DNA of 64,000 nt from a virus (IMGVR_UViG_3300028591_000106:1-64000); one strand, 5' to 3'. Numbered from the stretch's first letter, positions 1 through 6,400 are shown. Program-made: numbers and translations. Notes: generated by a model from the sequence alone, not told the origin.

Positions 1-92
1 CTGATTTCAAGAGAGAGTTTATATCGGAGACCTTACTTCCGGCTTATAGCCGGTGGTCTTGCCGTTCGGGTTTCCGTTTCCCTTTCCCCTGT
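1..92 (-). ncRNA. Putative structured non-coding transcript, truncated by the window edge
   Basis: Lies downstream of the promoter at 99-127 and starts ACAGGG like the two RNA cassettes. No ATG in the first 92 nt. Nested stems: agacc 28-32 / ggtct 55-59 enclose ccggct 39-44 / agccgg 48-53. Confidence 0.45.
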
Positions 93-98
93 GATTAT

Positions 99-127
99 AT
101 TATATCACATCCTAGGGAAAAAGTCAA
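99..127 (-). promoter_or_regulatory. sigmaA/sigma70 promoter, cassette 1
   Basis: Minus strand TTGACT-17 nt-TATAAT with TG extended -10 and an upstream A/T tract. Confidence 0.9.
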
Positions 128-157
128 GCCTTTTTGAAAAAAAATATCGGTTCTCTG

Positions 158-200
158 TTTTGCACAAAAATATTCAACGATCCGAATAATTTTTGTGCAA
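158..200. repeat. TTGCACAAAAA...TTTTTGTGCAA inverted repeat upstream of the promoter; related copies near 1168-1210 and 2001-2050
   Basis: Visible directly upstream of the promoters of cassettes 1, 3 and 5. Confidence 0.7.
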
Positions 201-231
201 TCTGCACGGCGCCGCACAATATGCTTTAGTG

Positions 232-279
232 ATTTAGCTTGCTAAAGCGTCGCCTGCGCCTTACTTTATCGCTTTAAAG
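232..279. repeat. Paired palindromic site CTTTA-N6-TAAAG x2, copy 1
   Basis: ATTTA-gcttgc-TAAAG 232-247 and CTTTA-tcgctt-TAAAG 264-279, with a GC-rich linker. Confidence 0.85.
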
Positions 280-297
280 CGTGAAAGTCAATTTGTT

Positions 298-324
298 AAA
301 AGAAAAGGCGCATTTCTGCGCCCT
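298..324 (-). terminator. Intrinsic terminator of cassette 2
   Basis: GGCGCA/TGCGCC hairpin followed by a U-tract on the minus strand. Confidence 0.75.
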
Positions 325-677
325 TACAGATTGATATAATGGAGCGAACCGTCAGGACGATGATAAACAATCATATTAACTATATCATCTTCTACTGTTT
401 CGGTGTTCATGTCATAGAAATAAACATCATAAACGCCGCCGGAAACTGTCTCAATGCCTACGCGCCAGATATTGCCGTCAGGAGTAATTATGCAGTCATT
501 GTCACAACCGACACCGCCCGAAACTGTATAAGAATCGCCGTAGTCAGTCATGGAGCGAGTGTAGACGAAATATGTGCCAGTGATGGACTTGGTGCGCGGC
601 TCGGGACGATTGAAAGACGGAACAGAGAACGAAACGAGAACAAGAATCAGAACCAGAATAGACTTGATGTACTTCAT
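324..677 (-). CDS. Hypothetical secreted or membrane-anchored protein (117 aa)
   Basis: Own promoter, GGAAAGGGG RBS and terminator; basic-then-hydrophobic N-terminus MKYIKSILVLILVLVSFS. Confidence 0.8.
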   Translation of the reverse strand: MKYIKSILVLILVLVSFSVPSFNRPEPRTKSITGTYFVYTRSMTDYGDSYTVSGGVGCDNDCIITPDGNIWRVGIETVSGGVYDVYFYDMNTETVEDDIVNMIVYHRPDGSLHYINL

Positions 678-703
678 AGTAACAACCCCTTTCCTATGGT
701 CTT

Positions 704-732
704 ATTATACCACATTTTCCGTGATTTGTCAA
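704..732 (-). promoter_or_regulatory. sigmaA promoter, cassette 2
   Basis: TTGACA-17-TATAAT with TG extended -10. Confidence 0.9.
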
Positions 733-774
733 CCCCTTTTTGAAAATTTCTCAAAAAAATTTTTTCTTTTCATG

Positions 775-822
775 CTTTAACTCGTTAAAGTGCCGCCCGC
801 GCCACGCTTCAACACTTTAAAG
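775..822. repeat. Paired palindromic site, copy 2
   Basis: CTTTA-actcgt-TAAAG 775-790; CTTCA-acactt-TAAAG 807-822. Confidence 0.85.
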
Positions 823-840
823 CACGAAAATCAATTTGTT

Positions 841-875
841 AAAAAAAACTGATCTGCGAGAGACTCACAGATCAG
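841..875 (-). terminator. Intrinsic terminator of cassette 3
   Basis: 12-bp stem (849-860 / 864-875) followed by U8 on the minus strand. Confidence 0.85.
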
Positions 876-1053
876 CCGCCATTTCACCGACCCAAGACAG
901 GAACTCTTCGGACTCCAGAACGGACTCGCCGAACCGCTCGACCAACTTGTCCTCAACAACGGAGAACTTGTCGGAGTCAAACAGCTTCCACCAACCGGAC
1001 AGACCGAACATTTCCATAACTTCCTCGAAAACTTCCTCAAAAACCTCAAACAT
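865..1053 (-). CDS. Small, very acidic protein (62 aa)
   Basis: GAGG RBS, own promoter and terminator; 17 D/E versus 4 K/R. Confidence 0.8.
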   Translation of the reverse strand: MFEVFEEVFEEVMEMFGLSGWWKLFDSDKFSVVEDKLVERFGESVLESEEFLSWVGEMAADL

Positions 1054-1108
1054 TTTAATTTCCTCACTTTCATTTATTGGGTTTGTCTTACCTCTTCCCT
1101 GTGATTAT

Positions 1109-1137
1109 ATTATACCACACTCTAGGAAAAAAGTCAA
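1109..1137 (-). promoter_or_regulatory. sigmaA promoter, cassette 3
   Basis: TTGACT-17-TATAAT with TG. Confidence 0.9.
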
Positions 1138-1240
1138 TACCTTTTTGAAAAAAATATCAGTTCTATGTTTTGCACAAAAAGTGGAGCAGCTAGGAATATT
1201 TTTTGTGTATTTTGACAGCGGCGCACAATTTGCTTTATTG

Positions 1241-1288
1241 CTTTAACTCGCTAAAGTGCCTGCGCCGCCGCGCTTTAATGCTTTAAAG
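1241..1288. repeat. Paired palindromic site, copy 3
   Basis: CTTTA-actcgc-TAAAG 1241-1256; CTTTA-atgctt-TAAAG 1273-1288. Confidence 0.85.
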
Positions 1289-1308
1289 TGTGAAAATGAG
1301 TTGTAAAT

Positions 1309-1546
1309 TAAAAACGGCTTGGTTTCGTCAAGCCATTAGAACCCGTTGACCTTTTAGCGCTGACTTTTGTTTACAGAGGAAGCAGAATCAAAGCAATCAA
1401 GACATTCTGTTATCACGAAACCTCTATTCTCGCCCTTGTGGTGGAACGAATCCCTCTTGATATTCTAGAAATCAAGGAAACTGTAACGATTCTAGTATGT
1501 TACCCACTGGAAGGAACCGCTTTGGGAGCGCCTTCCCTCTCCCTGT
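1309..1546 (-). ncRNA. Unassigned structured ncRNA, copy A (~235 nt)
   Basis: Lies between the promoter at 1553-1581 and a terminal hairpin (1316-1334) plus U-tract. No convincing ORF. Colinear with copy B, with several compensatory base changes. Confidence 0.75.
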
Positions 1547-1552
1547 GATTAT

Positions 1553-1581
1553 ATTATACCACACTTTAGGCGATTTGTCAA
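1553..1581 (-). promoter_or_regulatory. sigmaA promoter, cassette 4
   Basis: TTGACA-17-TATAAT with TG. Confidence 0.9.
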
Positions 1582-1622
1582 CCCCTTTTTGAAAATTTCT
1601 CAAAAAAATTTTTTCTTTTATG

Positions 1623-1669
1623 CTTTAACGCACTAAAGTGCCCGCGCCGCCTGCTTTACCCATTTAAAG
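1623..1669. repeat. Paired palindromic site, copy 4
   Basis: CTTTA-acgcac-TAAAG 1623-1638; CTTTA-cccatt-TAAAG 1654-1669. Confidence 0.85.
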
Positions 1670-1689
1670 TGCGAAAGTCGAAATGCAAA

Positions 1690-1935
1690 ATTAAATCCGG
1701 TTTGTTTCGTCAACCGGTAAACCGCCGCACTATTAGCCCAGATTTTTGATTACAGAGAGAACAGAAGCAAGGCAAGCGGGACGATCCTCACAAACTCTCT
1801 ATTCCCGTCCGTTTAGTGGAACGGATACTGCCGATATTTTAGAAATCGTGCCAACTGCAACCTCTTTAGAGCGTTGCCGCCTGAGAAGAACCGCTTTAAG
1901 GGGAAGACCCTTGGGAGCGCCTCTCATCTCCCTGT
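1690..1935 (-). ncRNA. Unassigned structured ncRNA, copy B (~245 nt)
   Basis: Lies between the promoter at 1942-1970 and a terminal hairpin at 1697-1717. Paralog of copy A with one extra inserted hairpin (AAGGG-ucuuc-CCCUU). Confidence 0.75.
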
Positions 1936-1941
1936 GATTAT

Positions 1942-1970
1942 ATTATACCACACTCTAGGGAAAAAGTCAA
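1942..1970 (-). promoter_or_regulatory. sigmaA promoter, cassette 5
   Basis: TTGACT-17-TATAAT with TG. Confidence 0.9.
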
Positions 1971-2051
1971 CCCCTTTTTGAAATTTTTTTCGGATCTCCG
2001 TTTTGCACAAAAAGTCCGTTTTTTTCTCGTTCGATTTGGCTATTTTGCGAA

Positions 2052-2080
2052 TAGACAAAATCAGAAAAAAGTGGTATAAT
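2052..2080 (+). promoter_or_regulatory. sigmaA promoter, cassette 6 (divergent)
   Basis: TAGACA-17-TATAAT with TG. Confidence 0.85.
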
Positions 2081-2133
2081 ATAATCAACAAAGGGAGAGA
2101 AAAGCCCTAATAAATGAAAGCGAGGAAAATACA

Positions 2134-2241
2134 ATGATGACTAAGATGATTGAGAACTGGCAGAACAAGGTAATCCGCAAGTACGGCTTCGAGAACTGGC
2201 GCACCCTGCTGGTGTTCCGTCTGACCCGCGTGATCTTCTGA
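2134..2241 (+). CDS. 35-aa basic peptide MMTKMIENWQNKVIRKYGFENWRTLLVFRLTRVIF (below the ORF-track cutoff)
   Basis: GAGG RBS; leader AATAAATGAAAGyGAGGAAA shared with cassette 3; own promoter and terminator. Confidence 0.75.
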   Translation: MMTKMIENWQNKVIRKYGFENWRTLLVFRLTRVIF

Positions 2242-2265
2242 GGGCTGAAAAGCCCTCATTTTTTT
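2239..2265 (+). terminator. Intrinsic terminator of cassette 6
   Basis: TGAGGGCT-gaaa-AGCCCTCA followed by a T-tract. Confidence 0.85.
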
Positions 2266-2282
2266 ACCTCTGTTATTTCGTA

Positions 2283-2332
2283 CTTTAACGCGCTAAAGCG
2301 CCCGCCCCGTCCCCTACTTTACCCCTTTAAAG
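2283..2332. repeat. Paired palindromic site, copy 5
   Basis: CTTTA-acgcgc-TAAAG 2283-2298; CTTTA-cccctt-TAAAG 2317-2332. Confidence 0.85.
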
Positions 2333-2445
2333 CGTGATCATTTACGGGTACGGCGGCAAATGACATAATTAAAACTTTTAACTAAAGACTACCTTTTATT
2401 TAGAATCAGAAAAAGATTTTACAAAAAGTTTTTTTTCAAAACCTC

Positions 2446-2474
2446 TTGACAAATCAATATAAATGTGATATAAT
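2446..2474 (+). promoter_or_regulatory. sigmaA promoter, cassette 7
   Basis: TTGACA-17-TATAAT with TG. Confidence 0.9.
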
Positions 2475-2500
2475 AGAATCATGGAAAGGATGTTGATACT

Positions 2501-2938
2501 ATGACTAATAAACCTACTCTCTATACACTCGTTGGCTTGCCTGCTTGTGGCAAATCTACCTACTGTATGAATAACAATGATTGTGTTATTGTCTCTACTG
2601 ATGCAATCCGCAAAGAACTGTATGGTGACGAATCTGCACAGACCAATAACGCAAAGGTGTACCATATCGCACATGAACGCATTGCGCTTGCTCTCGCATC
2701 TGGTAAGAATGTTATTTTTGATGCTACAAATATAAACAAGAAAGCAAGAAAAAGAGTATTGAAACACAATGCATATCATATTGCTGTTTGCTTTCTTATC
2801 TCTTCCTATGAGTGCAAAAAACGAAATAAAAAGCGTTCTCGTCATGTTCCTGAATCTGTAATTGATGATTATTACAAACGAATGACTATACCTTCTAAAG
2901 CAGAAGGCTTTGATGAAGTCTTATTTGTTTATAAATAA
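2501..2938 (+). CDS. P-loop polynucleotide kinase (AAA_33 / PseT kinase-like)
   Basis: GLPACGKST Walker A, STDAIR, IFDATN, and lid motif RNKKRSRHVPESVI. Confidence 0.85.
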   Translation: MTNKPTLYTLVGLPACGKSTYCMNNNDCVIVSTDAIRKELYGDESAQTNNAKVYHIAHERIALALASGKNVIFDATNINKKARKRVLKHNAYHIAVCFLISSYECKKRNKKRSRHVPESVIDDYYKRMTIPSKAEGFDEVLFVYK

Positions 2939-2954
2939 AAATAATGTGAAACTA

Positions 2955-2983
2955 TTGACAAATCACTCTATTTGTGATATAAT
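2955..2983 (+). promoter_or_regulatory. sigmaA promoter, cassette 8
   Basis: TTGACA-17-TATAAT; leader almost identical to that of cassette 7. Confidence 0.9.
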
Positions 2984-3009
2984 AGAATCATGGAAAGGAT
3001 GATGATACT

Positions 3010-3417
3010 ATGAGTAGAAAGAATGAGCGAATCCTCTATACTGGAATCGAATGCGTCGTTGACGGAAAAGTCGTGCATTGCACACTTGCTTATCTGAATC
3101 TTGATCCTGATTCTTATGGTGCAAGAAACTATTTTCCGTTCTTCCCTTATGGCGAAAGCGTCAAACTGCATCTTGTTCGTAAAGGCTCGAACGCAACGCA
3201 TTCTGGTTATCAAGTCGAACTGCCTGCACACCTCATCGGCTTCTTCAAAGAACACATACCACATATTACAATGTCTGTTGCTGATGGTTGCAAACCTGTT
3301 GACACTTGGAAAGTATTTGCTACGCAAAGCAATAGTGTTGATTGTGACATAACTGTTGTTGGCACTGTTGGCTACTGGACAAGTAAGCACGGATTCCAGA
3401 CAAAACCCCTTATATAA
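3010..3417 (+). CDS. 2H phosphoesterase (cyclic phosphodiesterase-like)
   Basis: Two HxT motifs: VHCTLAY and PHITMSVADGCKPVDT. Confidence 0.7.
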   Translation: MSRKNERILYTGIECVVDGKVVHCTLAYLNLDPDSYGARNYFPFFPYGESVKLHLVRKGSNATHSGYQVELPAHLIGFFKEHIPHITMSVADGCKPVDTWKVFATQSNSVDCDITVVGTVGYWTSKHGFQTKPLI

Positions 3418-3423
3418 TGAACT

Positions 3424-3454
3424 GCACAGAACGCTTGTTCTGTGCTTTTCTTTT
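3424..3454 (+). terminator. Intrinsic terminator
   Basis: GCACAGAAC/GTTCTGTGC stem followed by a T-tract. Confidence 0.85.
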
Positions 3455-3764
3455 GCATTGTAATAATTAAAATATTTAACTAAAGCCTGCATTATTATAT
3501 AGCCCCATGGGAGCAGCTAGCAATCTAAATCAAACGAATGAATAAAAATAAAAGTTTGTTGTTTGTATAAATTAAAATAATAAATAAATAGTTATTGACT
3601 GTGTGCTGTGCAAATAAAAACTGTCGTGCTTTAATGTGTTAAAGTGCCCGCCCCTGAATCTAAAATGCAGGGCGTAGGTCTAGGTCTAGGTCTTAGCTCA
3701 GGCAACCCGGGGGTACCTTTGGGAAATTTTTCGCTTTAACTTGTGAAAGTGGGGGCGGCTGCTA

Positions 3765-3840
3765 AAAAACACACGGGGAAAAAATTTTCAGACACCCTCC
3801 AAAAACACACGGTAGAATTTTTTTCGAACACCCTCCAAAA
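3765..3840. repeat. 36-bp period tandem repeat (AAAAACACACGG-N15-ACACCCTCC) x2
   Basis: Units start at 3765 and 3801. Confidence 0.75.
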
Positions 3841-3898
3841 GTAATCTTACCTATTTTCCCTCTCTCTAAAAATTTCCCTAGGTCGCGTCCCCGAAATG

Positions 3899-3927
3899 TT
3901 GACTTTTTCTCGAAACTGTGCTATACT
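3899..3927 (+). promoter_or_regulatory. sigmaA-type promoter upstream of the lysin/terminase cluster
   Basis: TTGACT-17-TATACT with TG. Confidence 0.8.
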
Positions 3928-3940
3928 TATTTTAGAAAAT

Positions 3941-3956
3941 GAGAGTTAACTCTTAG
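3941..3956. repeat. 16-bp inverted repeat, left arm (GAGAGTTAACTCTTAG)
   Basis: Exact reverse complement of 4854-4869. Confidence 0.9.
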
Positions 3957-3983
3957 ACTATAGGGGAGGTGAGTAAAGACTAA

Positions 3984-4844
3984 ATGAAAGAAGTTAAGTG
4001 GAAAGGCTACGATATAAGCTACTGCCAACCAAGAATTAACTGGAATAAAGTTAAGGCTGACTTTGTGATTATTAAGGCTGGTGAAGGCTTAACCATTAAG
4101 GACGGATATTTTGAATAGCACTACAAGAATGCTAAGGCGAAAAATATCCCTGTAGGAGCTTACTGGTATAGCCACGCTTTAAATACCGATACTGCAAGAA
4201 AAGAGGCTAGAAAATTTGCCGAGGTTGTCAAAGGTAAGCAATTTGAAATGCCGCTATTCCTTGATATCGAAGCTAAGGAGCAATAGAAACTAACTAAATA
4301 GCAACTTAGCGATATCATGAGAGCTTTCCTTGGAGAATTGGAAGGTCTGGGATATTGGGTTGGATTGTATCACTGCTACGCCGATGCCATTGCAAGAGTT
4401 GATGAGAATATCAGAAGACGCTATACTTTCTGGCTTGCTTGGTGGCTTGGTCCAGATGGGAGTACAAAGAAATATAACTGTCCAATTGGATTGTGGCAGT
4501 ATGGGGTTGAAAAGAACAAGGAAGCATTTAACGGTGATGTTGATGCAGATTATTGTTACTATGACTATCCAACTGAAATTAAAAAGAAAGGACTTAATGG
4601 ATTTGGTCCTTCTCCTACACCCGTGCCGCCGCCATAGTTTGAGCCAATCAAGAAAGGCGACCATGGAGATAGGGTAAAAGAAATGCAATCGCTTTTAGTT
4701 AAGAAGGGTTATCTTAGAGCAAATGAAGTTGATGGAAGCTTTGGAAAGATTACGCTGAGTGGACTTTTGGGCTTCCAGTTTGAGAATGGCTTGAAGCCAG
4801 ACGGAATTTGTGATGAAGATGATTGGACTAAGCTAAATAGCTAA
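3984..4844 (+). CDS. Endolysin: GH25 muramidase plus peptidoglycan-binding domain (286 aa, code 15)
   Basis: GYDISYCQ, VGAYWYS, FLDIE, LWQY and DVDAD motifs; Pro-rich linker; PG_binding_1-like C-terminus; in-frame TAG at 4116, 4284, 4299 and 4635. Confidence 0.9.
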
Positions 4845-4853
4845 AATTTAAGG

Positions 4854-4869
4854 CTAAGAGTTAACTCTC
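4854..4869. repeat. 16-bp inverted repeat, right arm (CTAAGAGTTAACTCTC)
   Basis: Exact reverse complement of 3941-3956. Confidence 0.9.
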
Positions 4870-4893
4870 TAAAAATAAAGTGAGGTGAGGCAA

Positions 4894-6129
4894 ATGCCTA
4901 TGAGATTTAAATTAGATTTCTCAATCCCAACCTCTGATGCCCGAATGGAATATTTACAGAATAATGTAGATTTTTCAAAACTAACCAAAAAGGACCTAGA
5001 ATTATGTTGTGACTATGTACTTTATGGTAAAGATCCAGAAGGACCAAAAGACATTCATGGTAATTTAACGAGTGCTGCGGATCGCGGCGAAGTAATTATG
5101 AAACCAAAGTACAGCTCATATCAGAAAGTTGAGCCAGTTTCACTTGAAGGTCTTATGGAGTCTCCGACATTTGATGAAACCATTTTTAAGACAGGTAAGA
5201 ACATTTATAAGAATCCTAAACCAGAACCAATTAGTAAGAACAGAGAAAAATACGGACATATCCCTGGAATGAAAGAGCTATGGGCAGAGATTGATAAGAT
5301 TGAACACTTAATAGGGTTGGCTAAAGGGACGATAGAGCCTTAGCCAGGGGAAGTTGTTCCTCAATTAGACTCTAAACAACTCTATCACCTTAATCATTAG
5401 AAAATTGATTTGTATAAGTAGCAGTATATTTTGAAAGATATGGTTATGCCTGAAATGAAGGCATAGAAGAACTATGGAAGTTTTTATAGTAGTATTGTTG
5501 ATAGCTAGATGAACTATCCCGTATTTCCTTGCGGAACAATGAGCGAAGAAAATGACGGAGATTTTAGATGCCCCATGAATTCATCGAGAGAGTTTTTGGC
5601 GGCGGATCTTGAAAAACAAATAGAAGAACTAGATAAAGCTGGAAAACCATATTTTAATTTTTTGAATAAGGAGCATGTGTATTAGCTTTGCTTAAATTAT
5701 TATGATATTAAGGATAGCATTGCTAAACATCCTGATTCGCCGCTGTGGAATTTGTTGTGGACACTTGACTTCTATATTGAGAAAGCAAATTTAAGTGAAT
5801 AGCAATTATTGATTACTGAATGTAAGAAGAAGAGAATGCTTAACAAAGAAATTTGTGAAGAACTAATGAGCAAGTTGGGAATTTATCATTAGGAAAACTA
5901 CATTAGTACAATTTGGAATAAGGTTTGCCAGCTCATTGCTGATGCCGCCGACCTTAATTACGATGAATGGTGCTGTAAGGATTATGTACCAGCTTGGAAA
6001 AAGTGTAATTGTTGTGGTCAGTGGCTTTTGAGAGATAATAGAAATTTTGTTAAGAAGAGTAAAGCTCCAGATGGACTTACAAATAGATGTAAGAGATGCG
6101 ATTAGAAGAAGCGTAGGGGTGAAATTTAA
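4894..6129 (+). CDS. 411-aa protein with a sigma-region-4-like HTH and a C-terminal CxxC...CxxC zinc ribbon (code 15)
   Basis: Open to TAA at 6127 when TAG=Q; NLSEQQLLI...NKEICEEL...ENYISTIW; KKCNCCG...RCKRC. Confidence 0.7.
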
Positions 6130-6389
6130 TGCTTAAAAAGATTAGTCAAGAAGAGCAGCTTATGAACTATCTTACTAAGTTCAAACCTCTTGATATCCTC
6201 GGATTCGCCGCCTTACTTAAGGTTGAACCACAAGATGATACTCAAGAGTTTATTGTAGATATTGTTGCTAAGTTTAGCTCACTTGATCGTACTCATAGAC
6301 GCCAGTTATTAAAGTTGGCGAGAGATGTCGCAAGAGCAAATTCTGATTTGTTTAAAGACGATAATAAAGAAGAGTTACCTAATTCTTGA
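6129..6389 (+). CDS. Hypothetical protein (86 aa)
   Basis: TAATG coupling to the upstream gene; ends in TGA. Confidence 0.75.
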   Translation: MLKKISQEEQLMNYLTKFKPLDILGFAALLKVEPQDDTQEFIVDIVAKFSSLDRTHRRQLLKLARDVARANSDLFKDDNKEELPNS

Positions 6390-6400
6390 GGTGATGTCTA

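Noticed and set aside
30-60. RNase P RNA 3' end (CCGGCTTATAG)
   Set aside because: It lacks the preceding ACAGAA motif and is on the strand opposite the promoter.
1351-1415. Short peptides encoded by RNAs A and B (GTG-started 20 aa in A, 13 aa in B)
   Set aside because: The GTG frames differ between copies. A shared hydrophobic frame ending CTG TAA has no start in A and may just reflect U-richness, though a tmRNA-like tag frame cannot be fully excluded.
1309-1935. Canonical suppressor tRNA, tracrRNA or hammerhead ribozyme as the identity of RNAs A and B
   Set aside because: No cloverleaf can be drawn. The tracr-like UAAAAU...CCGUU stretch is in copy B only. There is no CUGAnGA core to go with the GAAAC.
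339-1937. Plus-strand track ORFs 339-743, 574-780, 836-1246 and 1746-1937
   Set aside because: They are antisense shadows of minus-strand cassettes, have no RBS, and several run through promoter repeats.
88-2340. CRISPR array
   Set aside because: The repeats are promoters and degenerate palindromes separated by several hundred bp of cargo, not constant repeats with ~30-40 bp spacers; no cas genes are present.
3765-3840. Mini-CRISPR
   Set aside because: Only two units, with similar 15-nt intervening sequences; this is a simple tandem duplication.
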